A stretch of 63,345 nt of DNA, counting the filler, from Reticulomyxa filosa (Eukaryota > Protista > Foraminifera), in the NCBI GenBank assembly GCA_000512085.1. It is 16 parts of 16 records of this genome, joined end to end, with 100 filler letters (N's around TTAATTAATTAA, not from the genome) between each part and the next. Parts side by side here need not be neighbours in the genome. Positions count along the whole stretch, not along the records: positions 1 to 2,546 come from ASPP01004727.1; positions 2,647 to 4,908 come from ASPP01042949.1; positions 5,009 to 6,687 come from ASPP01037729.1; positions 6,788 to 13,074 come from ASPP01006898.1; 12 more parts are not named here. One strand, written 5' to 3'. A model generated the notes under the pieces. The model was not told the DNA's origin, did not search any database, and was given only the letters and a program-made list of their open reading frames with translations. This document shows, in pieces, positions 1 to 12,990 of this stretch. Both the position numbers and the translations under genes were made by a program. How positions within the stretch are numbered: position 1 is the first letter of the stretch; the number at the start of each line of letters is the position of its first letter.

Positions 1-1865
1 TTTTCCATTATTCTGTTTTAAATAATGATGTTGTAAACATTGTTCTCCAGAAGCGATGAATTGTCTCGTCCTGCTGCATGTGTAAGCATTCCCCACAAAT
101 TGAGGGCTGTGTTTTCGTTCAATGTAAATCGATCCATTTGTATGAGTGCCTAGCAAATACTGGCGCCACGGTTGTTGAATTTCAGCGACAAAGTGGAGAT
201 GCATTTGCTTTCCAAGTTTTGGATTATCTAAAAAAAAAAAAAAATTTGTAGACAAAAGAAAAAAAAAAGGGGGGGGGGAGTAGTTTTTATATTTTTTTAC
301 CCCCTTTAGCATTTTTTTTTTTAACATCAACTATATTCATACAATGAACTAAAATAATTTTTTTGTCCCTCCGACTTTTTTCTGCAAAATAATAAAAAAA
401 GCCCACAATAAGAATAGCTTTGCATATAAAAGGGCAAATAATAATAATAATAATAATAATTGTTTGGGCTTGATTTAATCATTAAAAACATTGTGAACAG
501 AAATTGTACGACGAATGTTTAGAGAAGTTCAAAGAAGTAATGAAAAATGTACGAAATTGTAATCCCACTGGCTTTTTTTTTTTAAACAACTGGAATAGCT
601 TACCAAGTTTGGACGGGATTAGAGTCGAGTGAATGCATCTGAGATCAAGATTGCTTGAATTTATTGTCAAGCTTAATTGAAGACGAAAGTGAAGAAGAAG
701 TCTTGCTGTAAACTGAAAACAAAAACTACTGGTCCTTTTTTTTTTTCTCTCTCCTTTCTATCTCTTTCTCTGTTGTCTTCCGCTGAGTAGGAGAAAAAAA
801 AAAATCAAAGTGCTTATTTAAAGGACCAACACAACTTCACAACAGGCGATGGAAAAACACGCGTCTCTCGAAACGCAAGCATTACAACACAAAAATCAAA
901 TGGAACAAATAGTAAATACGTGTGTTGATGAACTCATCAAGATCAATGCTTTATTTCATTGGGTTTAGAGGGCATTGCACATTAGCATTTGACGGAGAAA
1001 AAGTGGAATTGATTAAGGAAATTTTGCGAGCGTTCCAAACATTAACTTTTGTCATTGGCCTTTACTGAATTAAATAGTATAGAGTAAAACATATGTTTGT
1101 TTTTCCCTTTTTTTTTTTTTTTCCACTTTTTGCCATCACTGATTTTGAAAAATTGACGAAATACTTCTGACGCATACAGTTTGTATTACGACGTACGGTG
1201 AGATTGCTTTGGTTGTTGGCAAGCAAATGTGAATGTCCTTGGAAACTACAAACACAAGTTTTGAGTGATTGCGTCTCAACAACGTATGCAATCAAAGTAT
1301 TTGTTATGTGCGTTGCATCAACAGCTTTTTATTGTTCATTGTATGTCTTATTTTATTTACTTTTAATTCATATGATATTATTATCCTTCACATATATTCA
1401 ATCACCACTTGCGCAAATGGAATGTTCAGAATTATAAAACATGGCTTTTAAAATTACATTGACAGTTTATTTCTTAAAATCAGAACAGCTAAATGATGCC
1501 TTGTCTGATATAAATGTAATGTCAAATCCAATATTCACCCATAGATAATTTGGCTTTTGGTCTGCGATTGCGTCAAGTGTGGAATATATATGATGTTTGT
1601 ACAAACATATCCACCTTGAAATGTTGTCACAGCGAGAAATGAAAAGGAAACTGTTTTGATTAAAATCAACAATGTTCGAATACCATCGAATTTTTGATTT
1701 TTGATTTTTTTTTTCGTGCAAGATCGAGGAACGATTTGGTAAAATACCATATTATGACAAAAAAAAACCAACGGGGAAACAATTCTTTTTTAAATTTTTT
1801 TCCCTCTTTGCTGCCAATCATTTGAAATAATGACAGCGCTATTCATCACAATAACAAGCTCAGTG

Positions 1866-2383
1866 ATGGAGGTACTAATATTGACAATATTTTGTTGGTT
1901 TTGCGTAGTCAAAGCACAGTTACCAGCTACCTCCAGTTTGCCACTCATTTCTATTTCTCTTGTTTTTTTTTGTTTTTTTAGAGAAAAAAAAATCTATGAG
2001 GGTCATTTCGTTTGTTTTCCTTCCTCCTTAGCACGTATTGTACATATAAAATGTATCCAATTATTATTATTATTTTTTTTTATTATCTGTCTATAAAAAA
2101 AGTGCTTTCGTATGACTCGTGCCCTTCGAAAGGGACGCTTTACATGAGCGAGTGCCAAGACAAGACGACGACATTGGGAGTAGTGTGTTGCAACGGGACG
2201 ACAGGTGTAAACGCGCAGTGTTGGGGAAGAGATTTGTCACTATCGACGACATACGACGACGCGGTGACGTCTTGCAGCGATGACAATGGACATGTGTGCA
2301 CAATGAAAGAGCTGAACACAGGACTGTGCTGCGCGGTGAGCAGCGACGCGCAAGTGTGGACCACCGATCAATGCCAAAGTTAA
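1866..2383 (+). CDS. Small secreted cysteine-rich protein (2 exons: 1866-1935, 2103-2383)
   Basis: Signal-peptide-like MEVLILTIFCWFCVVKA. A GT(1936)..AG(2102) phase-1 intron joins in frame to a Cys-rich exon (SYDSCPSKG...VVCC...TYDDAVTSC...GHVCTMKEL..GLCC...QVWTTDQC). It may splice further at the 3' end. Confidence 0.6.
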
Positions 2384-2546
2384 TCTGAGTAATTAACGAG
2401 AAAGGGAGAGAGAGATAGAGAACTTTCTTTGCAACTACTTTATCATCTAATCAACATATATACATACATAATTTTGGCATACCCATGTACGTATACATAA
2501 TTTGTATGTATACTATTGACATTTAATAATTTTTTTTTTTTTTTTT

Positions 2547-2646
2547 NNNNNNNNNNNNNNNNNNNNNNNNNNNNNNNNNNNNNNNNNNNNTTAATTAATT
2601 AANNNNNNNNNNNNNNNNNNNNNNNNNNNNNNNNNNNNNNNNNNNN
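2547..2646. other. Artificial contig-joining linker (first of 15 identical ones)
   Basis: 44 N + TTAATTAATTAA (stops in all six frames) + 44 N. Identical linkers at 4909-5008, 6688-6787, 13075-13174, 14797-14896, 16536-16635, 21333-21432, 28913-29012, 46051-46150, 47640-47739, 48952-49051, 52542-52641, 54592-54691, 57007-57106 and 58464-58563. Confidence 0.98.
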
Positions 2647-2884
2647 AAAAAGATTAGTCTTCTACGTTGCGTAGTTTTTGAGAAAACTAATTTTTTGTTT
2701 ACTAAAAAAATTTTTTTTTGCAAAATTTAAATTTTTTTCAAAGTTTGTACATTGTGAATGTATGATTATTTTTGCTGCTGTTTGGTTTTTTTTTACTTAT
2801 TGTTGGTTTTTTATTTTTTTTTTTGTTTAATGCAATTATCGATATCGATACCCTGTTGACAAGTTTTGTGAGTTAAAATCTGAA

Positions 2885-3317
2885 ATGGATGCAATCCAAA
2901 GCAAATTTAGTGAATTTGTGAAAAAAAATTGCGATGGTAACATGTATTTTTTTGATGAGCATTATGACAGTAGCGTGGATTTTATTAAATTATTATCCAA
3001 ATCACGACAAAAAGATGAAGAAAAAAAAAATCCACAAGATTCTAAAGACAATATTAACAACGCAACAATTCAACTACCCCCCCTAAAAAAAAAAAAAAAT
3101 TCAACATTATACACAAAATATTCAAGGTGATTCACAAATGTACAAGGAACTTTTTGAAGAATACAAAGCGAAATACGAAAAGGCCAAAAAACAATTAGCC
3201 AAACAACAAGAACAACATCGTTTGGAATTAGTACAAATACAACAAAAGCACGATAAACAAATCGCAGAATTACAAGAAAAACTAGATAAATGCACACCTG
3301 TTAATCCAACAAAATAA
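2885..3317 (+). CDS. Hypothetical small coiled-coil protein (frameshift in the poly-C/poly-A run near 3077-3099)
   Basis: ORF MDAIQSKF... continues in another frame as a K/E/Q-rich heptad stretch (YKELFEEYKAKYEKAKKQLAKQQEQH...) ending at TAA 3315-3317. Confidence 0.45.
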
Positions 3318-3690
3318 AAAAAAAAAAACAATAAGAGATTATCATGTTAATGTGTTTTAGAAGCTCAAACGCACAACAAAACTTTCTGGTTAGTGGTCAG
3401 ATGTTGTTTTTAATTTAGCTTCCTTTTTTAATTCAAAACTTGGTGGCAAATCCAGTCATGAAGATACTCTATGGTTTTATTCGCATGAACCGCAAGTGCT
3501 TCCCACTTGGTGAATTCATTCGCTAAATTAACTATCATTTTTTACAATCAACCAAATGTGTTGGATATCGTTAGCTTTACAAAAAAAAAAATACAAAAAA
3601 AAAATGGAGTATACGTTTTGACTCCGCGTAGTGAAAAAGTAGACTCCGAAAAATGTAGTAAGGGGTTTTGATTTTTTTTTATATCGTAAT

Positions 3691-4908
3691 TTATTTATTT
3701 GTTTGTTTAGATATTATGATTAACTGTAATCCAATAATCCGTAAATCCACACATTTGCTATGCTTCATTGCGTTCTTGATGATCTGCTCGTGCCTCTGCT
3801 TGAACCAAGCAGTTAGCTTGAGTTGGTGTTTGCGAAGCTGGGAAGGAATGTGTGGAATGTGTTCCTCGCAGTATTCAAAAGGGTCGATAAGCAGCCCTTC
3901 CTCCTGGACGGGGGGCTGCGGTTCGTTGCGAGACGAATGGATTATATTGGAACGTGCATAGTCAGAAGCAGAGGAGGCAGTAGTAGTATTAGTATTAGAA
4001 GAAGAAGGAGAAGAAGAGATAGCAGAAGAGCGTAAACTGGAATAATCTGATTTGATAATCTTGGAGTTTACTTGACGTTGAGTATCATTATCAGGGTCTT
4101 TATTTTTTGTGGTGATACAACGAGCAGCATCGGCAAACACAGAATATGCTTCTTCGGTAATGCCATAATATTTATTTTTTTTTTGTTATTATTATTATAT
4201 CTGCCATTGCAATTGTTATGATTGCTATTATTGCCATCTTTATTCAATTTGAAATAGCAATGCACAATGAGTGCTTCATACGCAGAGCTGGTCAAACTCT
4301 TATTGGGCTGCAATAACTCGGAGAAGCGGTGCGGATGAGCGGTCACGAAGAAGAACCATCCCTTGAGAAATGCAATGCAATCACGACGCTCTTCTGAGAT
4401 CACTCCAAAACTAGGACATAGCAATACTGCTTTTAGGATCTCTTTTACCGCGTGACTCGAGTCCTTCGCAAAGTCGACATGATCCATATTTACAATGCAC
4501 TTCGACAACAAATCGTCACATCCCTTTTTTTTTCTTGGTGCACTTTCTCTTCGATCCATTTGTATACTGTGTCTTTTGTGGACCATACAACACCAAAAAC
4601 AAGTTCACGTTGCTAGTCCCTTGTGTCGACAACTCGGTCATTATGCTGCATCCTATAAATGCTCCATATACTTTACTATCTTTCCATACGCACTTGCCTC
4701 GCACTCTCTTCTCTTCTTCGCTTTGCTGCAATAAGTAGTTCAGAAATTCGTTCGTTATTGCGTACGCTCGGTTTAATGTCTTTTCGTTATTCTTTGTCTC
4801 TCTCAATGTCTTCTCGAACATCTCTGGTTCTTTCTTTGCACTTTTTTTTTTCGTCTTTGTTTTGTTTTTTTTTTTCAGTTGTTACCTCTTTTGCTTTTAG
4901 TTTTTCTT
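3691..4908 (-). CDS. Cid1/Trf4 (TENT) family nucleotidyltransferase-like protein, probably catalytically degenerate; 5'-partial
   Basis: Three successive ORFs joined at poly-A runs carry motifs in the family order: FIGCSIMTELSTQGTSNVNLFL (cf. FGS..TGL....SDxDL), RDCIAFLKGWF (cf. R.L...VK.W), LTSSAYEALIVHCY (cf. LSSYA..LMVIHF) and LLIDPFE (cf. L.IEDPF). Confidence 0.5.
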
Positions 4909-5008
4909 NNNNNNNNNNNNNNNNNNNNNNNNNNNNNNNNNNNNNNNNNNNNTTAATTAATTAANNNNNNNNNNNNNNNNNNNNNNNNNNNNNNNNNNNN
5001 NNNNNNNN

Positions 5009-5390
5009 ATTTTTTATTTTTATTTTGTATTTGAGTGAGAGGGATAGGGAAATTGGATGAAAATAAAAAATGAGGGAAAAAAGTGTTGGTGGAAAAAAGG
5101 GATGGGGAAAAAATATAGTGAAAAAAGGGTTGGGGGAAAAAATGAATGGAAAAAAAGGGTGGGAAAATGAAAATAATTTTTATTTAAGAAAAGAAAAGAA
5201 AAAATTTAAAGAATTAGAAATTTAGAAAAAGAATTAAAAAATTAAAAAATGAAAAAAAAAGCTAGAAATAAAATTAAAAAATAAAAAAATGATAATGTAG
5301 AAAAAAGAAAAAAAAAAAGATAAAAATGAGCAAAAAAGATAAAAGAAAGATAAAAAGAAAAAAAATAAAAATGAAAAAGTTTATGAAGAA
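5009..5390. repeat. Purine-rich low-complexity tract
   Basis: Imperfect GGG(A)n and AAAAG/AAAAAT units. Confidence 0.6.
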
Positions 5391-5769
5391 GAAGAGCAAT
5401 GCAACAGCAGCAAACAAATTCGTCGGTGCAGGCAGATACCAAGTGAATCCAACAGTTGTGGAAATTTGCGATGATGTCATCAGCTACGAAGTCCATCATA
5501 TATAGTGGATAAGATATCAGTTCAATCCGGACGATGGAGCTCTTGGCCGCCGAACGACAAAATCAAACTTACCAAGAAGAAAAAAGAAAATAGTATAATA
5601 CGCGAAAGTAGTAATGATGCCGACATTGTGGTGTTGCAATTGCGGTAGAGAAAACGTAGAATGCAAGGAAGAAAAAAGTGGAAGCGATGAAGTTGCTAAA
5701 AAATGTCCATCTAACGATCGAGAAAACCACCACATCGGGAGAATCGCTTCATGTGATAGTGATTCAATT

Positions 5770-6687
5770 TAATTGAATAGTTGTCGCCAAAGTCCGTCTA
5801 TACATATGCAAGCAAGAAGAAAAGATGATTAGTAGGAAGAGGATGAAGATAAGAAAACATTGAAATCATGTCGCGTTGGATTTTTTTTAAAAAATAGTTT
5901 ACCAGATTGGATGAGTTTGGTTATTGGCTCTTCACGCCCGCGAGTGGCGACTTTACGTTTCCGGACATGTATCGAACTGCAACATATATGCTTCAACGAA
6001 CAAGGTTGTTATAGAAATGTGTCGAGACTGTTTGTATGCGTGCGCATATTAGCAACTTTGGATTTCGAGTTGTGAGTGCAGATAGAAGGAATGGTGATCT
6101 CGTGATTGGCATAAGTATTGATGATTGAAGAAAAGACATAGATACGAATGTTCTCATTTTCTGACTCCACCACTATAAGAGTCTCGTGCCTTACATTATT
6201 CGGCAAAAGATCGGAGCTTATCTGGCAGTCTCTGGAACCGAATATGGACTACGAACGACGTGTTGGATGCTATAATACTTTGTATTCGTTGCATTTTCCA
6301 GTATTTGGAGAAAAATGATTAAAGATAGCAAATTTTTATTTTCTTAAGTTGGATTCGAGTCGACGTGAGTTTTAAATCTGAATCGCATAGTAATCAAAAA
6401 TCGTTGAACCATGGCACTCAATAACGTCAAGGAATGAATACGTCCAATAATGGATAAGAATACGAATTGTACCTTCCCTCCATCATTGAATGAGATTCCA
6501 CCGATCCAGCTCGAACTCCAGTGTCAATGGCATTACGTATTTTGATCGTATGTAGTGACGTGGATATTTCACTTGCATATCCGACTTCGTCGAAAACTTG
6601 GGCCTGCACTGCAATTATAAACTCTCAAAACGACTCGCTTCATTTGGAAGTCGTAGATACAATTCGGTTTTCACGTCGCAAAATTGG
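5770..6687 (-). pseudogene. Degenerate coding relic of unknown family
   Basis: One frame reads as protein-like with several stops: QFCDVKTELYLRLPNEASRFESL*...ELDRWNLIQ*...KFAIFNHFSPNTGKCNEYKVL*... Confidence 0.35.
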
Positions 6688-6840
6688 NNNNNNNNNNNNN
6701 NNNNNNNNNNNNNNNNNNNNNNNNNNNNNNNTTAATTAATTAANNNNNNNNNNNNNNNNNNNNNNNNNNNNNNNNNNNNNNNNNNNNCACACACACACAC
6801 AAAAAAGGAAAGGTTTGAATTGGTGGCTTTGTTTGAACAG

Positions 6841-7646
6841 ATGTCAGTTCCACAACGAACTCTACAGCCTCACCCTCACCTTCTGCAAAAGATCAAAAAC
6901 TTATCACCCGCGATCCCAAACAACAACAAAAAGAGGGATTTTTGTACGTAATGAACATTGTAGAGTGGCTGTCCCAGCAAGAAGTCTCGCGCCTGCCATT
7001 GGTTGAATGCAATGCCGCCATTTTGGCTAGAGACACAATTATGGCGATTGAAAAAGCGGCTGATGAATACTGTAAAAGACAAACTTTTATCTTTTTTCCC
7101 TCCTCCTCCTTTCCTCATATTCCATAGATACAAACAGAAATAATCATACATGAAATTCAAATTTGTACAATAGACATGGAACAATTCCAACAAAAACCAG
7201 CAGCCATAAAAATGCAAAAAGTGCCAGTTCAACAAGTGTACGCTTGTGACCCAGAGGTCCCGTGGTCTCCTACGTATAGTAAAAACTTCCGATTGGGTGA
7301 TCGGGTATCTTCATTACGTAGTGACTTAGGAGTTCCTTTTGGCACCTTGGGCACAATCGTTGGCATCCACCGCAAATTTTTAGAAGTGTTAACAGATCGG
7401 GTTGTTACAAGTGGTACTACACTGCACAATCGATGTAGTGAGAACAGAGGGGTATTAATGCCGCGAACTGCAGTTATCAATTTGTCTCGCATGTTTGTGT
7501 TCAAGCCTCTGCCAAATCCCAATGCCCTTGCGGAAACGAAAAGTGAGAATACATTCTACACTGAAGTTGGAGTGCATTTAAACAACACCAATAAAGAAGC
7601 AAACATCAACAATAAACGTAACTATGAAAAAAGAGGAATCCGATGA
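6841..7646 (+). CDS. XRN1: 5'-3' exoribonuclease 1, C-terminal exons (6841-7071, 7174-7646); 5'-partial
   Basis: XRN1 SH3-like domain FRLGDRV..LRSDLGVPFGTLGTIVGI...EVLTD....GTTLHNRCSENRG....TAVINLS, preceded by VEWLSQQEVSRLPLVEC...IEKAAD. In-frame GT-AG intron at 7072-7173. Confidence 0.85.
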
Positions 7647-8110
7647 ACGGTACGAAAGTCAATATGTTTACAAAGATATCTCGTTTTTTCTTCAAAACAA
7701 AAAAAATGTGTGTTTTACATCAATGACGATAAAATTCAAACAGCTAAACATTTTCCTGTGGAAATATGCTCGTAGTTTGGAAATGGATGTGGGTTTTTCC
7801 CACTTGCATTTTTTGTGGTGCTCGTCGGGCAAGATTGTTTACCAACGGAAGATTTTCGTAATGATTAGGAGCCCTTTTTTTGTCCGATATGATTTTTTGC
7901 AATCGCAAACCATGCCATTTCCATAACTCGTGCAATGATCGAATTGCAGGAAAGAAAATACGGAAATATGAAGTTATTTTTTGCAATGTGAAACCGTTTC
8001 GAAAGGCAAGACAAAATCAAATGGCTGAAAATGTGAAGCTCAACAATTCATGGAAAAAATGTGTGATAAAGAAGATGAGATGATTTTTTTCTTTCTGTCT
8101 CTCACTTTTT

Positions 8111-10758
8111 TCACTGAACAACTCCAGTGTATTTCTGAAAGAAAAATTTTCTACTTTTCAGCACAACTGTGAGTTTTTTCCAGCTGTTTTTTGTTGAGTC
8201 ATTTTCTTCATTATTTTTGGGTTGTGCGATTGTGTCTGCAATTGATTTCTGGAACCGAACATAAACTGCTCCACTGTTTCCAAATGATTGTGTGATTGTC
8301 CCCACATCACCAGTTTCAGCAATTTCTATTTTCAGTCCCAAAAACGGGTTTACATTACTTTCTTTTCCAAACAGATTTTTCACGACAATGGTATAATTAT
8401 CCACTACTTTATCTATAACCCCACCTTTTCTTTGTTTGGGTTTGTAGATTTTCAATGGTTGAACGAATTCATCCACCTTGGGTATTTTTTGATTTTTTTT
8501 TGAGTCAGACATCCCCAACACGGACAATAAGCCATTGATATTTGACGGTGGTACCCCGCTTCGTTTGCCTGCTGGTGTTTGCATACGTACATAGTCACTC
8601 AAAATCTCCATGGAAAGCTGATTTAAAAGTACTTTATTTTCTGGAGGTAATGCACTAACCAATCGACCAGCAAAACTCAATCGACATTTATCTGTCTGTA
8701 AATCGATTTTATCTAGTCTTGAACCGATAACTAAACTATTCGAAGGTGCAAATACTGGTTTTTGAAATGTCAGCAAAACATATTGTTCCAAAACAGTGCC
8801 ACTTTTCGACGTTTCCATTGCATCCAAGTGCAAGTAGTCAGAGTTGAAATTAAATGATTGGCTCCATTCTGTGGCCGGTACCACTGAATGTTCATCTTTT
8901 TTGTTGTTGTTTTCATAGGAAGAAAGCAAGTTGATTCATTTCAGCAAAACGAAAAGAATGTGCGTTTATTTGAAAGTACCTGTTTTTTGGTCCATCAAGT
9001 CCTGTTCTAGTTCGTCATTGTGTTTTTCAGAACTTTGATTTTCAGTTGCAGCAGCAGACGATTGAGAGGGATTATTTTTAGCAGATTTAGATTTTTTCTT
9101 TTTTTGTTCTGATTGTTTCTCATCTGTTGAATCATCTTTTTGACTTTTTTTTTTCTTTTTGTAATTGTACTTTCTTTTCTTCTTCTTTTCGCTGCTTTAA
9201 GATCAATGGAGTGAACTCTTCACTGGAAATGTGTTCATATATTTCCATTTGTGAAGGTTTTCGAAAGAATTCGACTTCAGCCATTGTAGTGGTATGTCCG
9301 AGTGAGATATGAAATTTTCCACCACTACTGATGGCTTCTTGAAAGTAGCGTATGGGATCAACTCGCGCAATCGCACGATGGATTATGGGCACTACCCCTT
9401 TTTTCACAGATTATTCCCCTTTCCAGATTTTCTGCTGGAAACTGTGAAATTGAAACGGCAACACGATCTCCAGGACCTGCTATATCCTTTATAATTATAT
9501 TGTCCCCCCCCCCCCTTCCCCCTCTTCATATTGTATTTTCGGCAAAGAGAAGTGAGAGAGAGCAATCAAGACAAGAGCACATACCACTTTTTGCTTAAAC
9601 ATTTCCAAAGATTTGACTTTTCGCACTTCGTTGTGTGTTGGTATTTCGACGACTTGGTGCATGGCAACGGTCCCCTGCAGGACAGTTGTGGTCAAGATCG
9701 TGCCTTGGCCTTTAATGTTGAAGCAATGATCAACAGCAGCAATAAAGGGCTTCTTGGCTTGTTCCTCGCGATTTGGAATGTCCAAGTTGGCCAGTAGCTT
9801 TTCGATTAGTTGGTCCAACCCACGTGCTTTTTTGCTCGTCTCTTCCGGGTTTCGATCAAACGTTGGATTGTCACCCGGGGGATTGCTTCCTTTATATTTG
9901 GTTATGCATTTTTTTGCATGCATGCATGCACAGCATGCAGCAAATTACAAAGTATCATTTATATATTTTAAAAAAAAAAAAGTGTGATGATTGAACCTTT
10001 TTTTGTACCTCCTTCATTGGCAGTGATTGAAATCATTGGAACATTCTTTCCAAATTTAGTCTTTGCAAAAACCTTTTTCAAAGTGGCCAATTTTTTCTCG
10101 AGTTTGCTGTGAATTTCTTGTTGGACGTCGATACTGTGACTGTCCTTTTTGTTGGAATCCTTTAGCTTTGCTTTGATGGTTTCCTCAAAGGTATCCATTT
10201 TATTCAAAGCCACAATCATTTGGGTAGGCTTTGTCAAAATCTCACCCAAAACTAGACATTCTGCCGTTTGCGTTTGAATCCCTTTGTTCACATCAATCAC
10301 AAGTATCATAAAATCAATTATTTGTGCGCCGCCAATTATCGTTCGGATCAACGACCCATGTCCAGGGCAATCGACCAATGTGAATTGCAGTTGCTATGGG
10401 ATGAAAAACAAAACAAAACAAATCATTATCGATTATTTTTATCCTATCTTTTTTTTTAACTTTTATATGAGGAGATAGCCTCGGCTTCATAAACTCGGGT
10501 ATTGGGACGCAGAAACAAGAAAAGCCCAAATCCAATGTAATGCCTCGTGTACGTGATTCCACTGCCTTGTCAATTGATGCCGTTGAAAATTTTGTACTCA
10601 GCGCTCGTGAAAGACTTTTGTTTTTATTTAGGGCTCCACTCTTGTCAGTCAAAAAGTCAATAATAAACATAAGGCCAAACTCACCTTGTTTTACCACAAT
10701 CAACATGCCCTAACACTCCAACGTTGATATTTAATACACTTGCTCCTTGTGCCTCCAT
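8111..10758 (-). CDS. EEFSEC: Selenocysteine-specific translation elongation factor (eEFSec/SelB), about 6 exons
   Basis: NINVGVLGHVDCGKT|SLSRALST..STASIDK...SRTRGITLDLGFS; FTLVDCPGHGSLIRTIIGGAQIID; GIQTQTAECL; NKMD; AVDHCFNIKGQGTILT; KFHISLGHTTTMA; IGSRLD...DKCRLSFAGR; LKIYKPKQRKG; NLFGKESN; FGNSG. Canonical introns; apparent homopolymer frameshifts near 9150 and 9400. Confidence 0.93.
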
Positions 10759-11332
10759 TCAATAGATATTTTTTTTTATTTATGAAGAATACCCCCCACA
10801 ACAAAAATCAACTACCTTGCTAGTACTTTGGATTAGGGAAATCTGCGCAGATACAGTGGAGAAAAATTATATGTTGACATTTTGAAACATTGACGAAGCT
10901 TCGTTTTGAAAATGCTATAGTTACTTTTCTCACTTTTTCAGAACTAAAAAGTTTTGTATTTTGAACTGAACAAAACTAATTAAATATTGTATGTTGTCAG
11001 CTTATTACTGTTGACTTTTTGGTGTAAGAAATGTTTCTGTTATCAACACTCAAAAAGAATTCACACATATGAATTGTTTTAGTATTTAATTTTAGTTGGA
11101 ATTCTCATGATGTTAGTACTAAAGTAATATCTATTTGATCATTGAAAAAATGGAATATACATGATTACAGTAATGGTGTACAATATCTTATTTCTTAGAT
11201 ACATTGAAGAAATACCGTACGATAATTATGAAGAAAAATTCCAGTTGTTATTTATAGAGAAACCATACAATGTGTGAAACGACACGAAAAATGGGCAAAT
11301 AGTTTAATATTTATTTTTTGAAACAAGAATTT

Positions 11333-12990
11333 TCAAAAAAGACGAGCAAATAACTTGTCCACATTTCTTTGAAGAACTTGAACAATGACCCTAAAACATT
11401 TTTTTGTAGACGCGTTTTCTAATGTTATGATACCTTCCACACATTTGCACTTTAGCTTCAAGTATTCATTACCATTCGCTTTTAAGTTCATCAGTGAACT
11501 TCGTGGCGTCTGACATACATTCTTGCACTGTGACAAAACAAAATAGAGAAGAGCGTTACAAACAAAACGAAAAAAAAAAAAAAATACATATATACACATA
11601 TTAATTTTGGTTACATGATCTGTCCTTGGTCACCAAAGAAATGATGATAGAGTCCAATCGAGTGTGTTTCATCAAAATTTTGGCTAACCATTGGGCCTGT
11701 GATTGCAAATGTGAGGTAGTCGAATAGCAAATTGGCATAGTGAATGTTTGTATGGTCGGGAGTGTCTTTTCATATTTGCTGCTCAACAGAATCAGCGTGT
11801 TTACAGGAACGAGGCGATCCACAATGTGGAAGCGAATAGTTCCCCATTGGAAAGTTTCAATCAAATGTTGCAGCCATTTTTCACTCAGTACAAAGAATGA
11901 AATACTGGCCCATGGATTAGATGGTTGATGTTCCGCAGAATGCCAATCACCCGAGCGACCGACCCAATCTTTCGAAAGAACACAAAAAAAAAACTTAGCC
12001 AAAAGCATGTAAGTCCATCTTTCACTATTTTTAGGGACTCTTAACTGCCAAAGCGTTTCCAACAAGGAATGGTCAGTTCCCGAATTGTCGAAATTTGTAA
12101 GTACTCCACCAATCCAACAAACAAGCTGAAAAATTTCAATTTCTCTACGAACAAGCGGATCAATTCACGATCTTCTCGGAACAGATATGGGTTAATTATC
12201 AACTTAAATCGATTTTTATTTTTGCGTAGTCGAGATAATCTGCAAATTCCAAATTGAATACATGCATACATACATACACATATATTTTTTTAAAGTTACA
12301 ATTCGTCCTACATACACGCATGTACGTATTCGTTTTTTTTTTTTTTTTTTGAATGGGTTATCTAAAAAAAAAAAAAAAAAAACAACGTAACACAATGGCA
12401 GGATGCCCAGTTCCAATAAAAGTAAAAGAAATGACGACATTCATGCATTTGTTAGCAGTGGATGCTTCATTGGTACTAGAGTCGTAGATATAAAAGCACT
12501 TCAACAGCCTCCCCAAACACTGCATCATGACAGTCTGGCATTGCTCCCAGGTGAACTCCAGATAGACATCAAATCGATCCATTACACATTGTTTATCTTG
12601 GCTGAATAACGGCACGAACGTATTCCATTGTTTCAATTTTAAATCCAGCCACGATATGGAGTCGTTACTTTTTACTACTGCGTCTTTTTCATTCTTTTCA
12701 TATCCGAGCTTCTCTTCCACCTGCGCCTTTTTTGTATCATGTGCAATTATATGTGTACATGTACATATGTGTATATATAATTGCACTTCTTGTCGTTCTC
12801 TGATCTAACTATCTCTCCCTAGTATATTGGCAACTCCTCCAGCTCCACAACGGAGCGGAAATCGGGTCGGTATCCATGCTGTTGCAGACTATTTTCCACA
12901 TGTCTTCCATGATCCACAATGGTCTGCACACGGATTTTTTCTAAAAAGTCTTCCATCGTCCAACTGTTATTTTGCAAACACATTTTTCAT
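11333..12990 (-). CDS. Hypothetical multi-exon protein, possibly a pseudogene
   Basis: Co-directional, more GC-rich ORF blocks (12358-12730, 12041-12250, 11601-12065, 11333-11530) separated by AT-repeat introns. There is an in-frame TAG near 12820 and a frame change near 12065. No family recognised. Confidence 0.4.

Noticed and set aside
1-1450. Protein-like fragments at 1-228 (-), 500-710 (+) and 849-1070 (+)
   Set aside because: Short or interrupted by stops, with no family recognisable; possibly exon or pseudogene relics but unsupported.
2591-2602. Recurrent palindromic TTAATTAATTAA motif, possibly repeat- or CRISPR-like
   Set aside because: Always centred in 44+44 N; it is a synthetic six-frame-stop spacer.
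7650-8110. SECIS-like hairpin near the eEFSec 3' end; tRNA/rRNA genes anywhere in the window
   Set aside because: No convincing AUGA/GA quartet stem or tRNA/rRNA signature seen by eye, and eEFSec is not itself a selenoprotein.
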